NCBI GenBank assembly: GCA_049325335.1
Contig: JBMOMC010000002.1
Location: 96,001 to 160,000, forward strand
Source of the DNA: Nitrospirota bacterium
GTDB taxonomy: Bacteria > Nitrospirota > Nitrospiria > 2-01-FULL-66-17
Direction: 5' to 3'
DNA length: 64,000 bases
Below, in pieces: positions 9,796-19,307 of the stretch; position 1 is the first letter of the stretch; each line of letters begins with the position of its first letter. A program made the translations under genes and the position numbers. A model generated the notes under the pieces. It worked only from the letters and a program-made list of their open reading frames with translations. It was not told the DNA's origin and did no database searches.

Positions 9796-10014
9796 TCACG
9801 GCGACTTCCCGGCATAGAGACCCGGGTTGGCGTCGAACTGCCGCTAACGGCCGACCGAACAGCAGGAGTATGTTTGGTCCCGATGCTCGCTCTGATCTGC
9901 CGTGTTCTTCGGGTTTGCCGACATGCAGCAGTCCGGATCCTTCTGGGGCATGCCGTGATGAACCGAAGTGGTATGTCCACACCCGCACCCCCCGGTTACT
10001 GTCTGTTTGTTCAT
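9796..10014 (-). pseudogene. Diverged YHS/TRASH-domain gene: 56-aa Cys/His-rich ORF (10014-9844) with an in-frame TAG, homology continuing to 9796
   Basis: AGGAGG RBS; MNKQTVTGGCGCGHTTSVHHGMPQKDPDCCMSANPKNTADQSEHRDQTYSCCSVGR*RQFDANPGLY aligns with the YHS domain of 10927-11691. Confidence 0.65.
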
Positions 10015-10052
10015 GTCCGTCCTCCTGTTTGGGGGTTCGCCAAAGGCTCAAG

Positions 10053-10096
10053 TGCCCTGGTCACCTCGGAGACGGACGACCGAGCCGGATATTACA
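10053..10096 (-). promoter_or_regulatory. ECF-type promoter copy 1 (TGTAAT-N16-CGTC)
   Basis: Near-identical to 10850-10894 in inverted orientation. Confidence 0.75.
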
Positions 10097-10196
10097 CCGG
10101 GCCAAACAATGCCCCGCCTTCCCTCCAAACACGTGGTCCGCACCGCTTGTCGGGTGAACGCGGAATACGATAGACTCCGGCCTCTGAGAGCTACCG

Positions 10197-10802
10197 ATGT
10201 CCGACCATCTGTCTCATCAGCCGCATGAGTCCGAGGCTCCCGAGTCGGCAGTCGTCCGGCTTGACGACCTGGTGGCGGCGCTCAACCAACACCAGGACGC
10301 GTTTCGCGGGTTTCTGCGCCGTCGGGTGGAGGACTCGGCGTTGGCGGAGGACTTGCTTCAGCAGAGTCTGGTGCGGGCGGTGGAGCGCCACCGCTCGGTC
10401 CGAGACGAGACCAGCGCGGTGGCGTGGTTCTACCAGATTTTGCGCAACACCGTCATCGACTATTACCGCTCGCGCGGGGCGGAAGCGCGGCGCGATGACG
10501 CGTACCTTCAAGAGCTGGTGGCGACCGGACAGGACAAGGAGCCGCCGCCGGGTGAGATCACCGCCACGATCTGCGCGTGCCTTAATCGATTGCTGCCGGC
10601 TTTGCGGCCGAACTACGCCGAACTGATCCGGCGTATCGATCTGGAAGGTGAATCGCCCCAACAGGTCGCGGCGGCACTGAACATCTCGGTGAATAACCTG
10701 ACGGTTCGACTCCACCGTGCCCGCCAAGCCCTCCGCGCCAGCCTGGAAGAGACCTGCGGCATCTGTACCACCCACGGGTGCTTAAACTGTACCTGCGAAT
10801 AG
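10197..10802 (+). CDS. ECF sigma factor, CorE-like with Cys-rich C-terminus
   Basis: sigma2 AEDLLQQ/AWFYQILRNTVIDYYR, CxC (ICAC) before sigma4, RLHRARQAL, tail CGICTTHGCLNCTCE. Confidence 0.88.
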   Translation: MSDHLSHQPHESEAPESAVVRLDDLVAALNQHQDAFRGFLRRRVEDSALAEDLLQQSLVRAVERHRSVRDETSAVAWFYQILRNTVIDYYRSRGAEARRDDAYLQELVATGQDKEPPPGEITATICACLNRLLPALRPNYAELIRRIDLEGESPQQVAAALNISVNNLTVRLHRARQALRASLEETCGICTTHGCLNCTCE

Positions 10803-10849
10803 GCCGGGAGGATCGGCGCGCCGTTTCCGGCGAGGCCCTGTTCCGGCAC

Positions 10850-10894
10850 TGTAATATCCGCGACGGTCGTCCGTCTCCAGGGTGAGCACGGGCA
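10850..10894 (+). promoter_or_regulatory. ECF-type promoter copy 2 (TGTAAT-N16-CGTC)
   Basis: TGTAATATCCG..CGGTCGTCCGTCTCC..GGTGA upstream of the YHS-DUF4396 gene. Confidence 0.75.
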
Positions 10895-10926
10895 ATGGGC
10901 CTGGGGCACCACGAGGAGGGCGACCC

Positions 10927-11691
10927 ATGAACAGCGCGACGATGACAACTCGGGACCACGCAACAGCGCACCACCACGGCACGGTCACGGACCCGATCTG
11001 CGGGATGTCGGTTGACCCGGCGGAGGCGGCTGGCACGAGCGAGTACCGGGGCAACACGTATTATTTCTGCTCGATTCGATGCAAACAAACGTTCGATCGC
11101 GATCCGCCCGCGCACGTTCGTTCCGAGGCTCACGCAGGGCGCGGACCGGCGTCGAAGCCGCCTACGGTTTCCGATCAACCTGGCGGGTTGGGCTCGCTCA
11201 ATCGTCTGGCCTTGAGCGCGACCGTGCACTGCTTGACCGGTTGCGCGACCGGTGAAGTGCTGGGTCTGGTGATCGGCACGGCGTTGGGGTGGGGTACATG
11301 GCCCACCATCGCGTTGGCGGTGGGCTTGGCCTTCGTGTTCGGTTATCTCTTTACTCTGGTCCCGCTCGTGCGGGGAGGGCTGGGATTCCGCGCCGCGTTC
11401 GGTCTGGCTTTGGCCTCGGACACGGCGTCGATCGCGATCATGGAAGTGGTCGACAACGGCGTGATGCTCGTGATTCCCGGCGCAATGGACGCGGGGCTGG
11501 CCGATCCGCTTTTCTGGGGAAGCCTTTCCATCGCACTGACGATCGCGGGCGTCGCCGCGTTTCCGGTGAATCGGTGGCTGATCGCCCGCGGGCGAGGGCA
11601 TGCCTTGGTCCATCAGTACCACGGCCACACCCCGTCGGAGGGTGGGCCTGCCGGCGGGCAGCATGCCGGGACATACGGAGCGCACCATTAA
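10927..11691 (+). CDS. YHS domain + DUF4396 membrane protein (metal handling)
   Basis: His-rich leader, DPICGM...YYFCS..C, ATVHCLTGCATGE, AFPVNRWLIARGRGHA. Confidence 0.85.
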   Translation: MNSATMTTRDHATAHHHGTVTDPICGMSVDPAEAAGTSEYRGNTYYFCSIRCKQTFDRDPPAHVRSEAHAGRGPASKPPTVSDQPGGLGSLNRLALSATVHCLTGCATGEVLGLVIGTALGWGTWPTIALAVGLAFVFGYLFTLVPLVRGGLGFRAAFGLALASDTASIAIMEVVDNGVMLVIPGAMDAGLADPLFWGSLSIALTIAGVAAFPVNRWLIARGRGHALVHQYHGHTPSEGGPAGGQHAGTYGAHH

Positions 11692-11805
11692 TGGATTGGG
11701 ACGCGTGAACGGCATCGTTATCACCGTGCACCACCGTCGGAGGCCTGTCATTCCGCGTGGTGATATGGTCTGCGGGTTTGCCAATTCCGCGAGGGGACTT
11801 CCGGC

Positions 11806-12630
11806 ATGACCGACCGCGCAGGTGGCGCGTCCGTGCGGTGGCCGCTCCCCAAACACGACTACTGGTCCACGCCGTTCGCCGAGGCGTTGTTACACCATTT
11901 GGTGCTCGTTCCGGGATTGACCATCCTGGATGTTGCCTGCGGCCACGGTATTCCCGCGTTCTATGTGGCCGAACAGATCGGCCCGACCGGGCAGGTCTTG
12001 GGCCTCGACATCAGCGAGCACCAGATCGCGCGCGCTCGGGCGATTCAGGGATCGCAGCTCCCGTGGTTGAAGTTTGAGTGTGTGGACGTGCGCGTATTGC
12101 CGTCATCGGTTCCGACGTTCGATCGCATTATCGGCAACTTGTCGGTCATGTTCTTTCGCCCGAACCGGTTCGACTCGGTCCGCGGGTTGGTTGAGCATCT
12201 CAAGCCCGGCGGCCAACTGGTCCTGACCTTCCCGTCCCTCGGCACGTTCGATGCGCTGTGGCGGAGAATCGATCGCGAAATGGTCGCGCGCGGGCTGAGG
12301 GTGGAAGCATCGCGCCTTGCGGCGTATGTGGCGGAGCGGCCGTCCGCCAAAGACGGTCGGGGATGGCTCGAAGCATTGGGTCTCGATCGGATCGAGGTTG
12401 CCGAGTGGCCCCTGGAAATCGCCACCGGTCCCGGCCCGGCGTTTCTTTTCCATCCGTTGCTGCGAGGAGGATTTCTTGACGATGCGTATGAGTGTTTCGA
12501 TGATCAGCGGCTTGCGGACGAGGTCATGAAGGCGGTATCCGAGGACTTGCCGAGTTTCACGCCGTTGATCGCCCAACGGTGCGTCTTGTCGGGGTGGAAG
12601 CGCGGCCTGAACGACGCCGCGGTCAAGTGA
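11806..12630 (+). CDS. Class I SAM-dependent methyltransferase
   Basis: ILDVACGHG, GLDIS, LKPGGQL. Confidence 0.85.
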   Translation: MTDRAGGASVRWPLPKHDYWSTPFAEALLHHLVLVPGLTILDVACGHGIPAFYVAEQIGPTGQVLGLDISEHQIARARAIQGSQLPWLKFECVDVRVLPSSVPTFDRIIGNLSVMFFRPNRFDSVRGLVEHLKPGGQLVLTFPSLGTFDALWRRIDREMVARGLRVEASRLAAYVAERPSAKDGRGWLEALGLDRIEVAEWPLEIATGPGPAFLFHPLLRGGFLDDAYECFDDQRLADEVMKAVSEDLPSFTPLIAQRCVLSGWKRGLNDAAVK

Positions 12631-13174
12631 TGTGTGTGAGCCGTAGCCGGGGCGTGTCCGATCCAGACGCCGGTCTGACCCCGGTGTCCACCAGCCCGAG
12701 ATAGCGATCGACATCGGTCCGGAATGTTTCGACTGCGAGTCCCATCCAGATTCCGTGGAATGCACCGAGTCGCTCGCCCGCTGCTTTGGCGAGCGTGCGC
12801 GCCGCCCGCGTGTGGCCCATGCGGAGTTTAAGCAACGCAGCGGCCGAGCCGATCAGTCCCTGGACGAACCGCGCGTGGTCTGACTGCGGGGGGTGCGCGC
12901 GCCACAACGGTTCCCACGCTTCATGCGCCTCCCAGAAATACCAACGGTTGAACAGGTCGACCCCGCGAAGATAGGCCTGCAGCGTCGGCCACTGCTCGGG
13001 CGTCCATGGTGCGTGCACGGCGGGTACACTGCGCGCGATGCGACCGGTTTCCGGGTTTCGGTCAGGGTGCGGCGAGAGGCCGGGGATGAATCGCGACGCG
13101 GGGAGCGTCCGGTCGGATCCGTACCAGGGAATCGTGGCGACGTCAGATGGATCAAGGGGCGGGGTGACGGGCAT
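12623..13174 (-). CDS. DUF309 domain protein
   Basis: GVDLFNRWYFWEAHEAWEPLW, QGLI. Confidence 0.85.
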   Translation of the reverse strand: MPVTPPLDPSDVATIPWYGSDRTLPASRFIPGLSPHPDRNPETGRIARSVPAVHAPWTPEQWPTLQAYLRGVDLFNRWYFWEAHEAWEPLWRAHPPQSDHARFVQGLIGSAAALLKLRMGHTRAARTLAKAAGERLGAFHGIWMGLAVETFRTDVDRYLGLVDTGVRPASGSDTPRLRLTHIT

Positions 13175-13206
13175 CAGGTGGTGGATAGAAGATGACGGGT
13201 GGGTCG

Positions 13207-14874
13207 CTACTTCGCGGAGAATGAAAAGTTAGCGTTGGTCTGTCGGTTTGGACGGATCGTGACGTGGGCGTCCTGTTTTCCCAACGTGGGGTGCCACGCG
13301 TAGACGTCGTACGTCCCCGGCGGGATGTCGTGAATCCGGAATGAGCCGTCGTCCCGTACGATGGCGTAGTAGGGATTCTCCACCGGGAGGAAGAATGCCT
13401 GCATGAAGTTATGCTGATCGCACTCCAGTTTGAAGATACGGTCTTTCTTCCGGAGGATTACCGGCTTCTTGATGATCTGGCCTTTTTCAGGGAGGGGAAG
13501 ATTGAAGATCGATATGTTGCTCGAGCCCACGACTTCATAACTATGCAGATTGTGCAGGACGCCAGTGGCGGCTTTGGGATCGGTTGGGTCCGCGTCCAGA
13601 TTTTCGATCACGATTTCCTTTTTCTTGACCACCACGCCCGCAAACGTCGATGCGCCGCCCTGCACGAGAAAGCGACACCCCTCCGCCGTCACCTTGGTCC
13701 CCGTGAACTCAAAGGGCTCCCCGCTCTGGACATCCTTCATGTAGACCACGACGTCCTTGAGCGCGTTGTCCTTGCCGATTCGGACCTCCTGGACAATACG
13801 ATTGCCGTGACCGTCGGAGTCGGCTCGGGCGCAGAATCCCATGTTGGGGAACTTGTCGAGGGCAACCACCTTGGGCGCGGGCGGAACGCCTTTGAACGTC
13901 ACCATGCCCGTCAGCGTTCCACCCGTCCTGGCCGGGATTTCGACGGAGTCCTCGTCGTCTTCGATCTCGTCTGACTCAGCCGGCACAACGACGAGGTGGA
14001 TTGGATCCGGCGTATCGAATGTCAGGGTGACGCGCTGCGTTCGTTCATTACCGGCGGCGTCGCGCGCTGAGACGGTGATGGTGTTGGTCCCCTCGAGCAA
14101 CGGCACGCTGTGTGAGAATTCGCCGCGATCCAAGGCAAGGGGAACGTCGTTAAGTCGCGCCTCCACCACGTCGTCGGTATCGGAAATTCGACCCTCCACC
14201 GTGATCACTCCGACATTCGTCACCATGCCATCAGCCGGCCTCGAGATCGAGATATCTGGAGAGATGGTATCAAGCGCGACCATGATCGAGTCCCGGCTCT
14301 GATTGCCGGCGCGGTCCACAGCGGTGGCCACCAGCGGATTCGATCCCTGATCGGTCAGCAGAACGTGAGCGGTAAAAGTCCTGCCCGTCGTCGTCGCCCG
14401 TACGTCATTGACCGTTACGACCGCAGTCGCGTCATCAACCGTGCCAGTGACGATCACGAGGTTACGATTCAGGAGTGCCCCATACGCCGGGGACGTGATG
14501 GTCACCGCGGGGCGGGTAGTATCTGGACGTGTGGAGACGGTTCCTTTCGGCGTGGCTTCGACCGTGTCCGTCGTCGGAGCTTCGTTGGCGAGCACCAGGG
14601 GTTCACGGGCCGGATCGTGCTTGATAGGCGCTGTGTTGGGTGCGGGCCCGGTCGTTTGGTCTCGATGTGGAGCGGCTTTTGTATCCGCTGATTCCGTGGG
14701 GGCTGGAGGTGAGGCGAGTGGCGGAGCGGTGGATTCGGTGGTTGTTGCAGAATGGTCGGGTGGGCTGTCGGACTGCGCCGACGGCTCTGCGATCTTCCGT
14801 GATTCACATGCGGTCAGCAGCGCCAGGACGAACACGCTGGTGCGTAGAGCGTGAGCCGATCTCAGCGGCGTCAT
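13207..14874 (-). CDS. Lipoprotein: P/T/S-rich linker, two Ig-like repeats, C-terminal Cu-motif module paralogous to 23428-24243
   Basis: Lipobox LTAC; DTTRPAVTITSP / DTISPDISISRP repeats; HNLH...CDQHNFM...YAWHP. Confidence 0.8.
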   Translation of the reverse strand: MTPLRSAHALRTSVFVLALLTACESRKIAEPSAQSDSPPDHSATTTESTAPPLASPPAPTESADTKAAPHRDQTTGPAPNTAPIKHDPAREPLVLANEAPTTDTVEATPKGTVSTRPDTTRPAVTITSPAYGALLNRNLVIVTGTVDDATAVVTVNDVRATTTGRTFTAHVLLTDQGSNPLVATAVDRAGNQSRDSIMVALDTISPDISISRPADGMVTNVGVITVEGRISDTDDVVEARLNDVPLALDRGEFSHSVPLLEGTNTITVSARDAAGNERTQRVTLTFDTPDPIHLVVVPAESDEIEDDEDSVEIPARTGGTLTGMVTFKGVPPAPKVVALDKFPNMGFCARADSDGHGNRIVQEVRIGKDNALKDVVVYMKDVQSGEPFEFTGTKVTAEGCRFLVQGGASTFAGVVVKKKEIVIENLDADPTDPKAATGVLHNLHSYEVVGSSNISIFNLPLPEKGQIIKKPVILRKKDRIFKLECDQHNFMQAFFLPVENPYYAIVRDDGSFRIHDIPPGTYDVYAWHPTLGKQDAHVTIRPNRQTNANFSFSAK

Positions 14875-14917
14875 GTCATCCTCCTCCCCCGGCATGCCGA
14901 GGGCCGACGCGTGGTAG

Positions 14918-16423
14918 TTACGACGAACAACTCACTTCGACGTGGGCGCCCCAGTCAGGCGGGGGCTTGGCGTAGGCATCGTGTTCCGGCTGCTCGTCGA
15001 AGGGATTCGAGAGAATCGCGAGGAGCCGATCGATTTCCGAAAAGTCTTTTTGTTGGGCTTTTTCGATCGCGACCTGCGCCAGATAGTTGCGCAGCACATA
15101 CTTGGGGTTCACCGCGTGCATCGCCAATTTGCGCGGAGCATCCGCGCTCCCTTCCTGCCGCAGGCGCGCGCGATACCGCGCGGCCCACGCATCGAACGCT
15201 TCGCGGTCGATCACTAGATCCCGCAGGGGTTCATTCGCCGCCGGGTTCTCAATCTGCAGGTCTCCGAGGCGCCGGAAGAACAGGGTGAAGTCCACCCGGT
15301 TGGTCTGCATCATCGCGAACATCGCGTCAACCAGGGCGGCATCGTCGGGCATCGCGGTTCGGAGTCCGAGTTTGGCGCGCAGCAAGGCCTCCCACTTGGC
15401 GGAAAACTCTGGCACGAACAATTCCAGCGCGGCTCGCGCGTCCTCTTCGCTGCCGATTAAAGGCAGCAATGTCCGGCCCAGCCTGACGCAGTTCCAGTAC
15501 GCGACATCGGGCTGCCGGTCGTAGGCATAGCGCCCGTGGTGGTCCGAGTGGTTGCAGATGTGCTGCGGGTCGAACGCGTCCATGAACCCGAACGGGCCGT
15601 AGTCGATGGTGAGGCCGAGGATCGACATGTTGTCGGTGTTCATCACCCCGTGCATGAACCCGACGGCTTGCCACTGGGCCATCAGATGCGCGGTGCGGCG
15701 GGTGACTTCCGCGAGCAGGGCTTGATACGGATTCTTGGCGTCGCGCAGGTCCGGGTAGAAGCGGTCGATCACGTAGTCCGCGAGTGTGCGGAGGGCGTCC
15801 ATGTGCTCGTTGTAAAACCAATGCTCGAACGACCCGAACCGAATGAACGTGGGCGCCATACGCGTGACCACGGCCGCGGTCTCCGGCGTTTCCCGCATCA
15901 CGCGTTGGTCCGAACCGGTCACGCACAACACGCCCGAGGTGGGAATACCCAGTCCGGCCATGGCTTCCGAACACAAAAATTCGCGGATCGAGGAGCGTAA
16001 CACCGCGCGGCCGTCGCCCATGCGCGAATACGGGGTCTGGCCAGCGCCTTTGAGTTGTAACTCCATCACCCCCGGATGCCCCACCCCGCGCGCGGGCACC
16101 TCGCCCAGCAGGATCGCCCGCCCGTCGCCCAGTTGGCCGGCCCAAATGCCGAATTGGTGGCCCGAATACACGGCCGCGATGGGCGACGCGCCCGCCGGAA
16201 GTCGGTTGCCCGAGAAGCGTTCGATGAACTCCTGCGTCTGAAACTCCGCTGGGTCCAAGCCGATCATGTTCGCGGCCGAGACGCTCCCCGCCACCAAGTA
16301 CGGCGCGGGCAGGGGCGTGGGCGTCACCTGGGTGTAGAATGCGGGCGGCAAGCTCGCGAACGAGTGACGCCACGGTAATGAGTCCGTGCGATGGAGTACG
16401 GCCGGTTCCGTGGGCGGAGTCAT
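14918..16423 (-). CDS. selO: Protein adenylyltransferase SelO (YdiU)
   Basis: [51 protein letters not shown]-terminal VSCSS. Confidence 0.95.
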   Translation of the reverse strand: MTPPTEPAVLHRTDSLPWRHSFASLPPAFYTQVTPTPLPAPYLVAGSVSAANMIGLDPAEFQTQEFIERFSGNRLPAGASPIAAVYSGHQFGIWAGQLGDGRAILLGEVPARGVGHPGVMELQLKGAGQTPYSRMGDGRAVLRSSIREFLCSEAMAGLGIPTSGVLCVTGSDQRVMRETPETAAVVTRMAPTFIRFGSFEHWFYNEHMDALRTLADYVIDRFYPDLRDAKNPYQALLAEVTRRTAHLMAQWQAVGFMHGVMNTDNMSILGLTIDYGPFGFMDAFDPQHICNHSDHHGRYAYDRQPDVAYWNCVRLGRTLLPLIGSEEDARAALELFVPEFSAKWEALLRAKLGLRTAMPDDAALVDAMFAMMQTNRVDFTLFFRRLGDLQIENPAANEPLRDLVIDREAFDAWAARYRARLRQEGSADAPRKLAMHAVNPKYVLRNYLAQVAIEKAQQKDFSEIDRLLAILSNPFDEQPEHDAYAKPPPDWGAHVEVSCSS

Positions 16424-16462
16424 GTCGGTCGATCGGGCGGAAAGGCTTTCGACGATTCGCGG

Positions 16463-17335
16463 TTAGTCTTCCAAATACCCGAATCGACCGGCGTTAAAGT
16501 CCTCCACCGCCTGGTTGATTTCATCCGTGCTGTTCATAACGAACGGGCCGTAGTGCACGAGCGGCTCTTCGATCGGCTCGCCGCTCAAAAACAGCACAAC
16601 GGCGTCGGTCACCGCATGGACGCGGACGTCGTCGCCGTCGTGTTTGAACAGGACGGCCTGCCCCTCCGTGACCGCGGCCGAGTCATTGGCCTTCACGGTG
16701 CCGCTCAACACTAGCAACGCGGTGTTGTAGTCCTTGGGTGTGGGAAGCCGTACCTCGGCGCCCGCCTGTAATCGCAGATCCAGCATGTGCGCGGGCGTGA
16801 ATGTGGAGGCCGCGCCCTTGGTTGCCTCGTACGCGCCGGAAATCACCCGGACCACGCCCTTGTTGTCCGGTAGGACGACTTCCGGGATATCCGCGGTGGT
16901 CAGCGGCTGATACTTCGGCGCGGTCAGTTTGTGGCGCTTGGGCAAATTGACCCAGATCTGCATCATGTGCATGATGCCGCCGGCTTTCGCAAACGACTCT
17001 TCGTGGTATTCGTTGTGCAGAATGCCGCCGCCCGCGGTCATCCACTGCACCTCGCCGGGACGGATCACCCCGCCCGCGCCGGTGCTGTCGCGGTGCGCGA
17101 CCGCTCCTTGATACGCAATGGTCACGGTTTCAAAGCCGCGGTGCGGATGCGTGCCCACCCCTCGCCGTTCGGTCGTGGGGTCGTACACGCGCGGCGCGTG
17201 ATAATCCAACAGAAAGAACGGGCTCATGCGTTTTTCAAAGTCCGTGGCCGACGGGAAGTAATTGCTCACCCGAAAGCCGTTGCCCACCCAATGTTCCCGC
17301 GCTCCCCGAAATACCCGCTCGATCGTTCGGTCCAT
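16463..17335 (-). CDS. Pirin family protein
   Basis: HPHRGFETVT, WMTAGGGILHNE, QIWVNLP, YGPFVMN. Confidence 0.93.
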   Translation of the reverse strand: MDRTIERVFRGAREHWVGNGFRVSNYFPSATDFEKRMSPFFLLDYHAPRVYDPTTERRGVGTHPHRGFETVTIAYQGAVAHRDSTGAGGVIRPGEVQWMTAGGGILHNEYHEESFAKAGGIMHMMQIWVNLPKRHKLTAPKYQPLTTADIPEVVLPDNKGVVRVISGAYEATKGAASTFTPAHMLDLRLQAGAEVRLPTPKDYNTALLVLSGTVKANDSAAVTEGQAVLFKHDGDDVRVHAVTDAVVLFLSGEPIEEPLVHYGPFVMNSTDEINQAVEDFNAGRFGYLED

Positions 17336-17704
17336 CGCAGTCCCTCCCGCTCCCTTGATACCACAGCGGAGGGGCTTATTCCATCGTGGTCCATGATCCG
17401 CGATCGGGATTGGCTTCGCAATGGTGGTGGCGTAGCGGCGTACCTCGTGGTCCGCCGTCCTCAACCGTCACTCGGCGCGTCGCGACGATGATGAACGGAA
17501 CACTGAAACCATGGACGTTGTCCGCGTCGCTCGGGTGCTGCGTGCTCGCGGTGTCCGCCTTCGGTGGGGCGCCAATCGAAGCCGGAAATTCGGCGCTCGG
17601 CTGATGCAAAGTCGGCAGGATCGACGAGACTGTTCTTATGAAGAGCGATGGATCAAAGTTCGGAATTCCCCGAAGTTGTTGATGCTTTTGCGCCCCGCGC
17701 CGAC

Positions 17705-17720
17705 GGGCACGGGCAATGCT
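17705..17720 (+). promoter_or_regulatory. Possible sigma54 -24/-12 promoter
   Basis: GGGCACG-GGCA-ATGCT with exact GG-N10-GC spacing, 35 nt upstream of 17755. Confidence 0.45.
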
Positions 17721-17754
17721 ACGAGATGTGGTTGTGGAGAGGAGGTGATGACGG

Positions 17755-18051
17755 ATGACACGTTGGCGTAACGCTATGTGGATGCTGGTGCCTGTGCTGC
17801 TGGTTGTCGCGGTGTCGTATGCAGCCATGACCACACTGAACGGTGAGGTGACGAAATACGAAATTGGGAAGACCATTTCGGTCAAAGATTTCACCGGCAA
17901 CGTCTTGGCCTTGGAGATCACCAAAGACACCAAGGTTGAAGGCGACGTGAAAGTGGGGTCCCAGGTCATGGTCGAAGCGGACGGCAAGAAGGTCAAAAGC
18001 CTAAAGGTAATGGCCAGCAGGCCAGGATCCGACGGGTTTGGCGGCGGTTAG
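17755..18051 (+). CDS. Small secreted OB-fold-like protein (DUF5666-like)
   Basis: Signal peptide; GEVTK...TKVEGDVKVGSQVMVE; GAGGAGG RBS. Confidence 0.65.
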   Translation: MTRWRNAMWMLVPVLLVVAVSYAAMTTLNGEVTKYEIGKTISVKDFTGNVLALEITKDTKVEGDVKVGSQVMVEADGKKVKSLKVMASRPGSDGFGGG

Positions 18052-18170
18052 GTGATGCCGCCGACGTTCGGGGTATGCAGGGGCGGTCCTGATCTCACGG
18101 GATGGGACCGGAGCCAGGCCGCCTCTGCCTGACCACGTGCAGTGACTCGAAGCGGACAGGAGGTTTTCTC

Positions 18171-19160
18171 ATGACCGTGAGGACGGTGGAACAGTGGAAC
18201 ACGTGTGAGCGCGAATCACCAACGAGTGCGTCGCCGGAGGCGTGTCCTCGCGCTGCGGTGGTGTTGGCCGGCGGCGACGGCCGGCGGCTCGAACCGTTTG
18301 TCCGTCGATTACGTGGGGATGCATTGCCGAAGCAGTACGTGTCGTTGTACGGGACACGGTCCCTGCTGGAGCGCACGTTCACACGGGTCGAACGCCTCGT
18401 GCCGCCGGACCGCATCATGACCGTGGTGACGCGCGATCATCTCCTCTATGCCGACGCGTGCCGGCAACTGGCCAACCGTCCCACGCACACCGTGATCGTC
18501 CAACCTCGGAACCGAGACACCGCCCCCGGACTCCTGCTCCCGCTGGCCTATCTGCAACGGCGGTCAGCGGACGCGCTCGTGGCCGTGTTTCCATCCGATC
18601 ACTATGTGAGTAACGACTGGGCGCTCATGCAGCACGTGGAGACGGCGTTTCGGACCGTGGAGGCCCGGCCGGAGTTGATCGTCATGGTCGGCGTGCGGCC
18701 CGATGCGCCGGAAACCGACTACGGCTACGTGGTGCCCGGTTCCGCGATGGCGAGTGACGGACTGCCCGGCGTCCGGGAGGTGCGTCGCTTCGTTGAAAAA
18801 CCGACCGCGTGTCAGGCCGACGAACTGATCCTTCACGGGGCGTTGTGGAATACGTCGATTCTCGTGTTTCGCCTTCGCATGCTGCTTGATCTGATGTGGA
18901 GCATCGCCCCGACCTTGTCCCTGCACTTTCTGGAGATCGCGGAGGCCCTGGACACGCCTCGCGCCCGCGAGGTGATCGACGAGGTCTATCGGACCGTGGC
19001 CCCCATGAATCTGTCCCGTGGAATTCTGGAATTGATCAGCGACCGGTGGCCATCGCATCTGGCAGTGTTGCCCATCGACGACGCGTTCTGGAGCGATTGG
19101 GGCGTGGAACATCGCATCCTCCGCGACCTGTACGTGCTGAGTGAGGGCTTGCGGGCGTAA
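18171..19160 (+). CDS. Sugar-phosphate nucleotidyltransferase (mannose-1-phosphate guanylyltransferase-like)
   Basis: VLAGGDGRRL, PKQY, QPRNRDTAPG, FPSDH, FVEKP, WSDWG. Confidence 0.85.
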   Translation: MTVRTVEQWNTCERESPTSASPEACPRAAVVLAGGDGRRLEPFVRRLRGDALPKQYVSLYGTRSLLERTFTRVERLVPPDRIMTVVTRDHLLYADACRQLANRPTHTVIVQPRNRDTAPGLLLPLAYLQRRSADALVAVFPSDHYVSNDWALMQHVETAFRTVEARPELIVMVGVRPDAPETDYGYVVPGSAMASDGLPGVREVRRFVEKPTACQADELILHGALWNTSILVFRLRMLLDLMWSIAPTLSLHFLEIAEALDTPRAREVIDEVYRTVAPMNLSRGILELISDRWPSHLAVLPIDDAFWSDWGVEHRILRDLYVLSEGLRA

Positions 19161-19267
19161 GGTTCAGCGGCGAGCCGAGAACTTCAAAAGCTCTGGTCTA
19201 AGACCGGAGGCCTGTGGGGCGGCCGTAACGATGAGCGATTGTTCCTGGTCGTAGCCAAAATATCAAC

Positions 19268-19307
19268 TGGTGATGAAAAATTATCACATAAATTAGACCC
19301 GTCCCAA
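19268..19307 (+). promoter_or_regulatory. Shared motif copy A (TGGTGATGAAAAATTA-N9-TT..CCGTCCC)
   Basis: 16/16 identical to 20311-20326 with a downstream CCGTCCC at the same spacing. Confidence 0.55.

Noticed and set aside
9844..9846. Pyrrolysine read-through of the TAG at a Lys-equivalent position
   Set aside because: No pyl genes in the window, and several other conserved YHS residues are also mutated
14918..14932. Selenocysteine at the SelO C-terminus
   Set aside because: Encodes plain Cys (VSCSS) followed by TAA
17488..17604. Short signal-peptide-like ORF (MMNGTLKPWTLSASLGCCVLAVSAFGG...)
   Set aside because: No SD and no mature domain; cannot be distinguished from chance or a remnant
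19191..19209. CTCTGGTC-TAA-GACCGGAG hairpin resembling part of a c-di-GMP-I riboswitch
   Set aside because: The GGCAAAC/GNRA first stem and GACGCAAAGC are missing; more likely a simple hairpin after the upstream gene
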